Shown: in pieces, positions 1 through 11,299 of the stretch
Numbering within the stretch: the stretch's first letter is position 1
Layout of the letters: the number at the start of each line of letters is the position of its first letter
Origin: Curvularia clavata
Taxonomy: Eukaryota
Assembly (NCBI GenBank): GCA_023920165.1
Contig: CP089277.1
Span: forward strand, 310,001 to 374,000
DNA: 64,000 nt
Direction of reading: 5' to 3'
Notes under the pieces: model-generated
Database searches by the model: none
Seen by the model: only the letters and a program-made list of their open reading frames with translations
What the model was told of the DNA's origin: nothing
Program-made: the position numbers and the translations under genes

Positions 1-815
1 ATTCGCCGAGCCACATGGCACTTTCAAAGACCCCACTGTTGCAACCACAGGCTACATCCGCTACCGTTTCTCCCATTGGTCCTCTTCCTGAACTGGGCCC
101 GATCCAACGCAAACGCAGCGCTGATTACACCACGGAACCACCGGCGAAGCGACAGGCTCACGGATTCGCACCTGGCCCTTATAGCAACGCACCCCCAATC
201 CCGACCTTGCAGACCCCCGTCAATAGGTCGTTCGAGCCGCCGCCATCCGTGAACCGCTTACCGCCTCTGCCTAGCCTTTCGATACCTCCACCTCAGCAGG
301 CCCCACCCGTTCAGGTGAAGACTTGGTCTGAGCTTCCATTGCCCGTCCCTGCAGGTCGGTCTATGGCTATGGTATACCCACCACCTGTCCAATGGCAGCA
401 ACCCAGTAGCACTCCAACCTCATCGGGTCCACCTTCGTTCCCTCATAGTTACACATCTGCTACCGAGCAGTCTCGTCAGATCAGCCCTTACCCACCTTCC
501 GCTGGATCCTCGCCTGTTAGTGCGTCCTACGCTGCAACAAACTCTCGCCAGTTGTCACCCTCCCATTTCCTGAACCAGCGCCAATCTCCTTATCGACCAG
601 TCCGTGGTGTCCACACCCTGCTTGTCCCGCCACCACAAACATCCATTCACAACCCAGCTCGCAACATTGCATACGAGCAAATGCAGTACCAGCCTCTGGG
701 ACGTCCCATGACTGATCGTCGCTCAGGCCTGCTGCCCTACATGGACCGTAGTGCCTGGCCCGAGACGAATCAGTTCAACCAACTTCCTGTTCCCCAACAA
801 CCCATCTTTCGGTAG
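1..815 (+). CDS. 3' part of a Pro/Ser-rich protein, 5'-truncated by the window edge; possibly the C-terminus of a Clg1/Mug80-like cyclin
   Basis: The frame is open upstream of the ATG at 15 and stops at 813-815. The low-complexity P/S tail has a conserved-looking SPYRPVRGVHTLLVPPP...MQYQPLG block that I recall from fungal Clg1-like cyclins (tentative). Confidence 0.55.
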   Translation, partial: SPSHMALSKTPLLQPQATSATVSPIGPLPELGPIQRKRSADYTTEPPAKRQAHGFAPGPYSNAPPIPTLQTPVNRSFEPPPSVNRLPPLPSLSIPPPQQAPPVQVKTWSELPLPVPAGRSMAMVYPPPVQWQQPSSTPTSSGPPSFPHSYTSATEQSRQISPYPPSAGSSPVSASYAATNSRQLSPSHFLNQRQSPYRPVRGVHTLLVPPPQTSIHNPARNIAYEQMQYQPLGRPMTDRRSGLLPYMDRSAWPETNQFNQLPVPQQPIFR

Positions 816-1905
816 TTGGGCCCTTACATCATCTTCATGTAACAAATCTTTTGGTAGTTTTTTCGACTACATGCTTTGCTTTTAGTCCATTGGACATGAT
901 ATTTGTTGCGTTCGAGCGTGCATTCTATGGGACGGTACTCTGCTGGCCAATCGCTTTGGCTAACGGGAGGATTTCTTTTTGTCGCATCATAGCATCCTTC
1001 GGCGTTATTGGTTGCATCTTATCGAGCCTGTCTAAACAGGCCAAGTATTACATGAAGAGTCTTTATGAATGGCGTTCCAGGCTGAGCAACACTCCTGGGC
1101 GCAAATTATGAGCATCACAGTGGGTTAGCCACTATAAAAACAATTAGTGTATCTTGATGAACATGTAATTGAAAAGATCGCTTGCCTTTGGTTTCTTGTG
1201 GTTGCTGAGTGATGAAGACATTTCGTTGATGTAGCACTGGGCTAGGATTGGTCAATCCTCAGCTGTGTATCCGTGACTGTTGGCTAATAGTGATCTCGTC
1301 TCAAGATTTATGGAAATGTTTCGATTGCCTCTTTCACTTGGTCAATACTTGCTTAGTCGAATATTTTGCTAGAAAGTGGAAGACGTAGTCAAGAATTGGT
1401 AACAAAAGTATACAGTGAATTCACGGAATTTAAGGTACATTGGTCAACTAGAGAAAAATAGAATGCGATGTAGATATTATCAAGGATGAGACTGCAAAAG
1501 ACACACCCTATAGGTCGTTAATAATCTGGTACGGAAGACAGCAAGATCAGATGGCTATAGAGATGATAAGAACGTTTGCCTCTACTATTGAATTCAGTAG
1601 TGGAAAAATAATGGAGTTGAACGTGTGAATAAATCATGATAATTCTATGCCCATTTTTAAGCCGCCACCATGTCTGTACGAAACCATGTAATCCTTTTCA
1701 CTCTAGGCCAACATCTCCAATTATTTTTTCAATACAAGTAATAAAAAGTTGTCTGAACGATTTAACTATGTAGTGATGCGCTCAACCAAAGTGGGTCAGC
1801 CCTACGCACGCCAAGCCACTCGCTGCAGCCGCGGTATCGCGTTCGCGGTCAACTTCTCTCGCTCCATCTACACTGCTTTGCGCGCCACGCCAACAATTCT
1901 CCGCC

Positions 1906-3150
1906 ATGCCTCCGCCAAACAAGAAACTCACGGCACAGCCAGTGCGCACGCGCATATTCGCCGGAAAGCCACAGGCCACCGTACCCGAAGAGCAATCGAG
2001 CTCAGAGTCCGAATCAGAGGAAGAACAGGAGCCACAACTCAAACCATTCGCGAAACCAAAACCCGCCCCGATAGCATCGTCCTTCCCAAAATCAGCACTC
2101 AAATCAAAGCTCGCATCACGGCAGAAAGACGAGGCTGCGCGCAAAGCCTTAGAGGACGAATTCGAAACGGAGAGTGAAGAGGAGGAAGGCGAGGATGGGA
2201 GTGGCAGTGGGAGTGAAAGTGGAAGCAGCAGCGACGAGGACGATTCGTCAGAGGAGGAGTCAAGTAGCGAAGACGAGGCACCAAAAAAGCTATTACGACC
2301 AGTCTTTCTGAAGAAAAACGAGCGGAACAAAATCGTGGCGCCCGCGAAAACAGCAGACCAAATAGCAGCAGAAGAGGAAGCACGGCGACAGGAGCAGGCA
2401 AAGGCACTGGTACAAGAGCAAGTGGAGCAGCGCATAGCCGAGAAAGCAGCAGGCAAAAAAGACTGGGACGACGACATCGAAGACGCTGATATCAACGCCA
2501 TCGACGACACCGACGGACTCGACCCAGACGCCGAATACGCCGCCTGGAAACTGCGCGAACTCAAACGTATCAAGCGCGAGCGCCTCGCCATCGAAGAAGC
2601 CGAAGCCGAGCGCGCAGAAATCGAGCGCCGCCGCAACCTCTCTGCCGCCGAGCGCGAAGCCGAAGACCGCGCCTTCCTCGAAAAGCAAAAGGAAGAAAAA
2701 GGCGATCGTGGCCAAATGCAATTCATGCAAAAGTACTTCCACAAGGGTGCCTTTTTCACAGACGAGTTGAAGGAACTGGGTGTTGATCGTCGGAACCTGA
2801 TGAATGCGCGCTTTGAAGACCAGACGAATCGCGAGATTCTGCCAGAATATATGCAGATTAGAGATATGACGAAGCTGGGTAAAAAGGGAAGGACAAGGTA
2901 TAGGGATATGAAGACAGAGGATACGGGCAAGTGGGGGGATTATGGGGATGAGAGGCCGAGAAGAGATAGGGGCGATTTTGGAGTCGATGAGAGGTTTAGG
3001 CCGGATGCATATGGTGGACGGGATAGGGATAGGGAGAGAGATAGAGAGGGGGCTACGGGCGCGAATGCGAAACCGCTGGGAGAGAGAAAGAGGTTTGGAG
3101 AGAGCAGTGAGAGAGATGGGAAAAGGCCGAGGATCGACGACCGGGCGTGA
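1906..3150 (+). CDS. MFAP1: Microfibrillar-associated protein 1 (MFAP1/Spp381/Saf3-like spliceosomal B-complex factor)
   Basis: Acidic N-terminus followed by IDDTDGLDPDAEYAAWKLRELKRIKR, MQKYFHKGAFF and LPEYMQIRDMTKLGKKGRTRY; 414 aa, no introns. Confidence 0.93.
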   Translation: MPPPNKKLTAQPVRTRIFAGKPQATVPEEQSSSESESEEEQEPQLKPFAKPKPAPIASSFPKSALKSKLASRQKDEAARKALEDEFETESEEEEGEDGSGSGSESGSSSDEDDSSEEESSSEDEAPKKLLRPVFLKKNERNKIVAPAKTADQIAAEEEARRQEQAKALVQEQVEQRIAEKAAGKKDWDDDIEDADINAIDDTDGLDPDAEYAAWKLRELKRIKRERLAIEEAEAERAEIERRRNLSAAEREAEDRAFLEKQKEEKGDRGQMQFMQKYFHKGAFFTDELKELGVDRRNLMNARFEDQTNREILPEYMQIRDMTKLGKKGRTRYRDMKTEDTGKWGDYGDERPRRDRGDFGVDERFRPDAYGGRDRDRERDREGATGANAKPLGERKRFGESSERDGKRPRIDDRA

Positions 3151-3363
3151 AAAACATGAGCATGGCATGGTATGTTATGTTGGTTTATTTGGGTTCATGA
3201 CATTGATCTTCGGAGAGAATCCCGAGGGCCGACTATTTCCACGGGAAAGCCATTTCTCAGGCTGCTTTTTTTTTCAAACAAAAATATGATATCCGTAATC
3301 ACCCTCGCCTTTTTTCAGCCAACCACCACGCCTGGAAACCTCCCTCTTCTTCCTTCGACTCAA

Positions 3364-5384
3364 TCACTCCTCGCGAACTCTCTCATACCTACCGCGACCC
3401 TGGCCTTCTCTCTCCGCCATATCCCGCGCATCATCCCTCCCCTTCTCTACGTCTAACCGCCACAGCAAAGGCGCCGGCAACATGACCAGGATAGCGAGAA
3501 AGATGAACGCCGGACGAATCGTCCCCGCACTATCCGTAATACGTCCTACAAGCGTCGGTCCTACAGCACTACTCCCCTTATCCGTCACCGCGTACAGAGC
3601 GAAGAACGCAGCTTCACTGCCTTCTGGAATCAGCGGCGCATAGACAGACCTTGCGTACGACGATATTCCGCCCATTACTATCCCGTGCAAAACAGCGATG
3701 GGGTAAATCTCCCACGCTTGCTGCAATCCGATGAAGCCCAGGCGCTGGAACAGCGGGATGTAGCCTAGCAGGCCATACAGAGGGATGATTTCCATACCGG
3801 CGACGCAGCACAGCAGGACCGTCTTGGGTTGTAGCGAGTAGTGGCGTTGGATGTGTGGCCATGCAAAGGCGCCGATGATGCCGGAGCCAATGGAGGTAAT
3901 GGACAGCAGAGCAATGGCAATGGTGCTCATGTGCAGTTCAGTCTTTGCGAAGAGCACGGCGGTACCCGAGATGGTGGCTACGGCGTCCGAGAGCAGGAAC
4001 CACGAAATGAGGAAGATGAGGGTTTGGCGGAGGCGGATGGCTTTTCGGAGCGTGGCCCAGAAACTGCCGAGGGAAAAGGTCGTGTAGAAGAGGAATGTTC
4101 GTAGCTTGCTGCTGCTGCTGCTGCTGCCGGAAAAGGAACCGTGGGATTGAGTAGGGAGGGGGGGACCGGGCCGTGGGCGCAGCCACAGGAGTGTCGGGAT
4201 GGAGAAGATGGCCCACCAGAGGCCGACTAGGAAGAGGACTACGCGAATGGACAGGGTAGGAGAGGTTTTTGACAGCGACGTCTTGCTGAATGCGAAGATG
4301 ATGAGTATAGCGATGATTTCGACAAACACGGCTGCCATGTACCCGTATCCCACGCCCTTGGAACTGATTTGCGCAGAGCGCTCGAGATCTCGAGCTAATC
4401 TATCTGGATCCGTTCTCCGCACTGAAGAGGTATTTTCTGGATTCAGTCCCTCGAGCTCAATCGCTGAATCGTCGTCTGCTGACAGCGACTTGGAGACCGC
4501 GTTGTCGGGGTGATTGGCAACGAGCAGTGGCAGAAAGGCGTTGAGCAGGACGAAAGAACATCCAAGACAGGCGACGCCAATGATGACAAGGAGAGGTGCG
4601 ATGTAGTAGACTGATGGCGAGACGAAGAGGAATAAGCAGCTCGCGAGGGATCCAGCATACGAAGTGAACATGAGCATGTTTTTTCTGTAGGGGCCTGGTG
4701 GAATATTGTCAGAAAACGGGCTGTTGATCATAGTTGAGTGAAAGGGGAAAGGAAGCAATACCGTGATCCGCAAATGAACTGAAACATATCAAAACGAGGG
4801 CTTGGAGCAGTACAGCTGCTGAAGAGGTATACAGTGCTAAACTGCTCGTTGACATTTCAAAGCCCAGGTAGCGTACCATGCACTGTTCTGAGTTCTTGTG
4901 CTGCCCGTCTGCATCACGTGCTGTGTGTGATGACTGAGCAGTAGCATGGTGGTCTACGCATGGCTTGGAGTGGTCGGAGAAGAAAACGCCGTTTTCTCGG
5001 GCGAGTTGCTCGAGGAGAACAGGGAGGAAGGCGCCTTTTTTTGGTTCTTCGTCAGCCTTTAAATGTTTCGTCTATTATTTGGTTGCACGCCAACAAACAA
5101 GGCCAGGGATCAGGTAATGAAGGAAGAGGGACTCACCAACTGCCACAACCGCAAAAACCTATCTACGTTAGCTATTCCTTTCAATAAATACCTTTTCCTT
5201 AACACAAAAGATTGTGGGAATAGGGGAGGGAAAATAAGTTTACTTCAGCCGCAATAGGATACGCATACCAGCCCTTGAGTTCGCGCTCTGTGGTGGGACT
5301 CGTGTCTTCGTTTTCATAACGTGTTGGGTGGCGGTCTTGCGATGTATGGAGGGGGTCTACCCAGTCTTCGTCTGAGAATGACAT
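3364..5384 (-). CDS. ATG22: Autophagy-related protein 22 (vacuolar MFS amino-acid effluxer), multi-exon
   Basis: Exon 1 RYENEDTSPTTERELKGWYAYPIAAE (5384-5244), then several introns. Large last exon with WFLLSDAVATISGTAVLFAK and EAAFFALYAVTDKGSS. Confidence 0.93.
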
Positions 5385-6022
5385 CTCTCCTTCACTCTGT
5401 TTCTTTACACAAAGAGAGTTTTTTTATGGGAAAAGAGAAGGCATTGGAGGTTGGAGATTAGTGATGATGATGATGTTGTTCCGAGAGATGCCGATGTGGG
5501 TACGCGACAGGCTCTATGCTTGTTACGGGTAAAAAGCTGAACAGTGGGGTACTAGGTGCTGCAGAGCGAGATGGGATGGTGCTGGCGGGAGTAGGAGGAT
5601 AGCAACAGCCTCATTTCTTGCGACCCGGGAAGCTCGGTGGAGGTGGTAGGGCGGGTTGTAAAAACACGGCTGCGCAGTTGTTCCGATTGCGATCGAGATC
5701 GTCAGCCGCACTAAGGTGGAGGCTGGCTGGATACATGGTAAGAATAGGACCGAATGTGCTGCACTTCATGTTGTGAGACTTTGGCTTTATAATTTAGTTG
5801 GGAATGTGTTTCAGACTGCTGAATGTTTTTGCTAAAGGCTTGCCGTTATGCACACACTTCTTTGTAGATGTTGCGATCGTCAGAGTGCATCTCGATGACG
5901 TAGTGTATTCTAGGTGTTAGCGTCAGGAGACTAGATTCATCACCACGACGAAGTACAGATACCTATGGTGATATATATTGTACCTGTATTTATAATTCGT
6001 GAATTTTTGATGCCATTTGACA

Positions 6023-6742
6023 ATGCCAGTAACCACACGGAGTCGTCGAAATAAACTTTCTATCCAACAAACCACACAACACGCCTTGTCTCCGCGGAAA
6101 GAAAAGCCGTCTTCCACAACCATCACCAGAGTTGACAGGCAAGACCATCCCCGCATAATACCACAGCCGCCAGGACTCCGCTTTAACCTCCAGCCAGCCA
6201 AGTTTGGCCTCATCCAGGAACGAATTTGTGATAGTCTGTATGCCTTGGTAGTCCAGGCCATTCTCTGGAACCAGACCCGTGGCGATATGGCTCGCCCAGT
6301 ACTTTTCCAACTACTATCTGCCTACCCTTCACCGGATGAGCTATCGGCAGCACCGCTCCCAGAATTAATCAACATGCTACAACCCATCGGTCTGCATAGA
6401 ATCCGGGCCACGCGGCTGATAGCCCTCGCAGAGGCCTGGCTTGCTGCGCCTCCATGCAAAGAACGAAGATACAGAAGGTTACATTATCCAAACCATGGAT
6501 GTGGCGCGGATGTCAAGCCCGGAGAAGTACTAGGGCCCGACGACGAGCGTGAGGGCTGGGAAATCGCTCATTTACCGGGAATGGGGGCGTATGCACTCGA
6601 TAGCTATCGGATCTTCTACAGGGATAGATTGAGAGGTGTGGAGGGCTTGAATGGGATTGAGCCGGAGTGGAAGAGGGTTATCCCAACGGACAAGGAACTC
6701 AAGCCGTACTTGAAGTGGCGACGGGAGCAAGCGTGCTGTTAG
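6023..6742 (+). CDS. MBD4-like HhH-GPD DNA glycosylase (glycosylase domain only)
   Basis: ATG at 6023. GLIQE...LVVQAILWNQTRG, LQPIGLHRIRA and LPGMGAYALDSYRIF resemble the MBD4 catalytic motifs. Confidence 0.8.
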   Translation: MPVTTRSRRNKLSIQQTTQHALSPRKEKPSSTTITRVDRQDHPRIIPQPPGLRFNLQPAKFGLIQERICDSLYALVVQAILWNQTRGDMARPVLFQLLSAYPSPDELSAAPLPELINMLQPIGLHRIRATRLIALAEAWLAAPPCKERRYRRLHYPNHGCGADVKPGEVLGPDDEREGWEIAHLPGMGAYALDSYRIFYRDRLRGVEGLNGIEPEWKRVIPTDKELKPYLKWRREQACC

Positions 6743-7019
6743 GAGGGGCGACTACACCCACCTTAATCTAACCCCTCATCTTGGCCGCAAGGCTGGTTTA
6801 GGAACACGCGTTGTGCCTGCCCCAACTTTTCGTAGTCGATATGCATGCTCGCCTTACCGAGTGTTTACGCAACCAATAAGATGAGTGTCACCACCAACGC
6901 TCAGCTGAACCGGGGGTCTCGCCACCCCAAATTGCCTGGGCCTGAATCCTCAGACATGTAAGCCCAATATTTTTAGATTCCCGAAACTCTGAGCTCTTCA
7001 CCAATGTGATTCATCGACA

Positions 7020-8641
7020 ATGGACGAGCAACAATCGCCAGCAGATTCCTGGACCGACAGGTCGTCGACGTTTTGCGACAAGGATGCGCGCGAGGCATAC
7101 AATGAGCTGATCGATCTGCAGCTTCGTTGGCTATTCCCAAAGTTCCTACGCAACCTACGATCTCAGACACCGTGTGAACGGGAAAGAGGCAGAGTGGCAG
7201 TGATTGAATACTGCGACGATGAAGTACTCGAACCGGAAATCTTCAAGAGCTCTTCCAAACTTCAATCCCATTTTGAAGAGCAGACTGGGCCGCGAAAGAG
7301 ACTGTTTATAGTGGAAGATGTTGCGCTGAATTACATGGAAGTGCTTGGTGCTCAGCTGCGTATCCCTCCAAGTTTCTTTGCTTCGCATTGGGCCGACCCA
7401 GCAACACCCGAATTTAACCACCGCAATCCGTTTCGTCGGTACGCAGAGAAAACCTTCGTCATCAGATATGCGAGCACGCAGCCGATACGCATAGAGGCTG
7501 ATGCAGAGGTGCATGGGAACGTGTTCCGATACGACTCCAACGTCCAACGCCATGTGTATTGCTATGATCCTAAAGGCCCGATCTTCGATCAACCGAAAAG
7601 CTATCACGCCTTGTCTTTTTGGACGTCAGGAGAGAGAAGCGACGGATCATGGGATTGTACGGCTACTTTGATTGCTAGTCTCCAGAAACGCTGCTGACCA
7701 TGTCTCTAGCGGTACTCATAGTCGATCCACCTGTCCGTGAAATAGTAAAGTCAGTCACGAACGGGTCTGACCTTGCTGTAGACCGCACTTCACAGGAACG
7801 CGCCTATTCTCGGATGGATTGCCTAGATCCAGATTTCAGCGACCTTGAGATCCTGCCGCCCGATCCCGCAAAGTGGTCTGGTACCTGGCAGCGTCCCAGT
7901 TGCGACTCACTGTTTGACGACATCATATCTCTGGAGCCAGATATGCCCGCCCACGCCGTTGATCCGCGGTCCTGCACCAACGTTGCGCGCAGACTGGCCC
8001 TATGCTACTTCTTGCATTTCCTGCGCCGTCGTATCCTCAACATGCTGCGTTTGCAGGAAAATCCGCGCACAGCTATCCTGCACACGAACCGGTGCGACTA
8101 CCTGCGCGAGTTTGGCGAGGGCGTGCTAAGTAGCTGGCACCATGAGATCTTTGGCTTCGTCGTAAACACCAAATTCAACATGGGCATCGTCATTTCCGAA
8201 GCAAAAGAGCATTTTGAGGTCCTGGGCTTGCACCGTACTGGCGTCGCAGACGTCCCAGAGTGGGAGCGAGACGGGTGGCTCGCGGTGCAGGAGTATTGCA
8301 GTAAAATCATTACCATGGCAGACGCTTTTCTGCAGTCTTACCTCCAATTCACGTCTATGCAGGAGGCGCAGGCGGCGAATAGGAATGCGCAGAGTCTCGC
8401 GCGCATTACCAATTTGACAATGGTGTTTGTGCCTTTGTCGACGATTGCGGCGATATTCTCCATGACGGATGATTTTCTGCCTGGAGAACGCAAAGGCTGG
8501 GTTTATTGGGCTACGGCGTTGCCGGTACTACTGCTCACGTTCGCGGTTATGACGGAATTGCATTCGTCGTTAAAGTCGTATTGGAAGATAGGTAAGGCGA
8601 AGCAGATGAGGATGAAGGTGGCTGGGAAAAACATAGTGTAA
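7020..8641 (+). CDS. Fungal CorA-like Mg2+ transporter-domain membrane protein, 2 exons
   Basis: Intron 7657-7709 (GT...CTGAC...TAG) joins the two ORFs in frame. IPPSFFASHW and C-terminal ITNLTMVFVPLSTIAAIFSM followed by a second TM segment. Confidence 0.75.
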
Positions 8642-8709
8642 GCGCTTTTGTTGACGTACATGGGAATAGAATACTATCCATTATTTCTATATTCTTTATG
8701 AAACCAAAA

Positions 8710-8843
8710 CTGCGCTGCTCGTCGTTCATGGTCTGATTTATGAGGGCCTTCACATTATCTGGTCTGGCACTTGACCAGATCATGACCTTGGAGTTGTTGA
8801 ATAGATAGCGTAGGAAAGCTATATGCCACAGTTTACTTTCCAT
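8710..8843 (-). pseudogene. Fragment of an NIF/FCP1-like HAD phosphatase gene
   Basis: FLRYLFNNSKVMIWSSARPDNVKALINQ matches the NIF-family VxVWSSAxxxxV block. No DxDxT motif or complete ORF is visible. Confidence 0.5.
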
Positions 8844-9875
8844 TATCCATCACTTCTATGCTATAACCTAAAGAATCAACACGGGAAAGTACCACTAGAA
8901 GAAACCAGCACCTTGCTCCCGCGCCACCTTATCTCCTCCCTAACGTGAACAACGCTCAAGGTCTAAGCCCTCGTACTTCCCTCAACATGACTCATAGCCC
9001 ACTCCAATTACTACATTATTCGTAACACAAATCGCTAGACCCAGGCGCTTCTTATAGCCAAACTTCAGAATAGGGTCGTACAGGTAGCAGGCGTAAGCTT
9101 TCGAGGACCCAGGTCAAGAGGAGGCAGTGATTCTGGCTAGCTGCTCAAACGTTGCACCCTCATGGCGAGCTGTGTCAATCACTTCCTTGACAAAAAACAT
9201 TCTAATCACTAGGTCATATTGTTATCTAGCATGTTTAGACAAAGAGCTAAGACTACTATTCTTAGAGAAACTACTCAATGTATGTAACAAGAAATTTCAA
9301 GGTAAACTAGTTGCGCAGGCTGAGGTATCAGCTGAGGCATGAAATGTCGTTGCTAGCATATCGACGATCTATAGCTGCGTCGCTGAGTAAGTATTTCTTC
9401 TTACGAGCATTAGTTTTATGTAGAGTATATAATAGAGATGTTGAACTATCTCGTGCACGGGCCAATTTTCCAGCACTTTTGATGCAGTATCCCATTTTCT
9501 AATGTAAACAGCCTTAGAGTAGCTTCTTTTAGCGTAGGCGCTGAATGTGTTGATCCAATTCTGGGAACATGGTGCATCCGCCTGTCCTGATATCCTTTAG
9601 TGTCATGCGGCTGATGGCTCACCACGCTATTTACCCAATCTCCTCCAATCCGATCCACCAACCTCCGCCATAGACTCCAGCCGCATCCACTCTTTCCAGA
9701 GGTAGCATCAATGCCTCTCCGTGCCCTGCCTCTGCTCTGCCCCTTCAGCCTTGTGGCGGTGCTGTCTTCTCCACTACCTCTCTACCTTTCTAACCATCTA
9801 AATATATCCACCACAAGTCTTATATAGAGATGAGTTTTACACGGCATACAGTCTTGCATCCAACACAATTCAAAT

Positions 9876-9965
9876 TCAATCATCTTTTCCACATCAATCG
9901 TCTTTTCCACATCAATCGTCTTTTCCACATCAATCGCCTTTTCCACATCAATCGTCTTTTCCACA
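9876..9965 (+). repeat. Tandem repeat, 5 x 18 bp, consensus TCAATCGTCTTTTCCACA
   Basis: Units start at 9876, 9894, 9912, 9930 and 9948; units 1 and 4 each carry one substitution. Confidence 0.97.
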
Positions 9966-10011
9966 TCCTCTACTTGTCAGTACCCCAGCCAAACAACGCC
10001 TAACATCCAAT

Positions 10012-10662
10012 ATGCATTTCTCCACTTGCACCGTTACCCTGGTCCTAGCCACTTTCGCTGCGGCGCTTCCTACCTACTCTGCCTCCGCGTCTCCTACTAC
10101 CTCCTGCACTCCATCTCCCACCCCTTCCCCGCCATGCAACTGTACAACAAACAACGGCCCATCAACGGGCCCCAAGGTTACAAATATCATCCGGCCTAAA
10201 GCCATCTCCCAGTATGATGTCTGGACGGGTGCCGTGCGCTTCCAAACCCCCAACGGCAAGGTCTTCAAGGACGGCAAGACCACCGACGTGACGACCCTTC
10301 TCACCTTCGAGTTTCCTGAAGCATCGAAAGGCAAGACTTGCAGCTTCCAATTCGACCTGACTGGCGATTCTTCTGCCAAGGTCTCCGGCACCGGCGAGTT
10401 CGACATCTTTATCTCTCAAGCACCTGCCACGAAGAGTGCTTCAACCTGGCCATCAGGAAATTTGAGAGACCAGCATATTGGTCGTATGGCTGCAAAGGCT
10501 AAGGGCCCAGCTACATGGGTTCCCGGATTTCCTGTATTTGGACAAAGCTTTCCTTGCCCCGCTGGCCAAGTCTACGGTGGAGAACTTGTCGGCGTGGGAT
10601 CAGTTGACTCGATTGAGTGGCTCGCGAGCGCAGCTGGAGCGTATATTTCTTGGAAGGAGTAG
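10012..10662 (+). CDS. Secreted protein with But2-like (ubiquitin-3-binding protein But2 C-terminal) domain
   Basis: Signal peptide MHFSTCTVTLVLATFAAA, P/T/S linker, then FEFP..KGKTCSFQF, TWPSGN and FPCPAGQ. Confidence 0.75.
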   Translation: MHFSTCTVTLVLATFAAALPTYSASASPTTSCTPSPTPSPPCNCTTNNGPSTGPKVTNIIRPKAISQYDVWTGAVRFQTPNGKVFKDGKTTDVTTLLTFEFPEASKGKTCSFQFDLTGDSSAKVSGTGEFDIFISQAPATKSASTWPSGNLRDQHIGRMAAKAKGPATWVPGFPVFGQSFPCPAGQVYGGELVGVGSVDSIEWLASAAGAYISWKE

Positions 10663-11299
10663 AGATATACTTGGTTTTGTACATTATAAGCGTCTGCTTC
10701 CTTTCTGCCAATTTCCTACAGGCGATAGACGAATACAGAGTATACAAGATAGATGTATGGGGGGTTTTCTTTTGGTTAACTGGGCGTAATTTGATTTCTG
10801 ATTATATGTATTAGTCAAGTCATTCTTTTGAATAGATATTTTTCATATGCCTCCTTTTCTTCTTCTCCCATTCTAAGTGTCGCTGACAGCGGTCGTCTTT
10901 GAGATATGCCCAGAGAGTGGCTACCTCAAGCATTCTTTACAGCTATATCGTGTTCACTTCTTAACTCCCAGTTGTAGCGCTCAAACTGAAAGCTCCAGAT
11001 CCCCTCTTTGACGATTGGTCTCCGATTCGTGTATCGACTGCTTTCTGTACTAATACGTTGTACCAAGCTAGAAGTTATGGCAAAACTAAGCTCGTCCCTT
11101 GGCTCAGCAAACTCTTCTGTCAACACATCCATGTAGCTAGTACGGCACTCATTAAGATAAGAGACCGGCTCCAGAGTCTTATTCTTTGAGAAATAAAGAG
11201 CTTGACTGTGTCCCTCTACGCAGGGACAGACGTTAGTGTACAGGCTTTGAACAGACAGACTGTGGCATAGTTGAATAACGCTCACAAAAGGACTTCAGG

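Noticed and set aside
1782..3168. Long antisense ORFs over MFAP1 (382 aa and 291 aa)
   Set aside because: Shadow frames of a biased, low-complexity coding sequence; no domain features.
9876..9965. 18-bp array as a CRISPR array, or as the coding repeat (EKTIDV)n of ORF 9782-9964
   Set aside because: The units are contiguous with no spacers, there are no cas genes and the context is eukaryotic. The minus-strand peptide lacks a signal peptide and Kex2 sites, so it is not a credible RiPP precursor.
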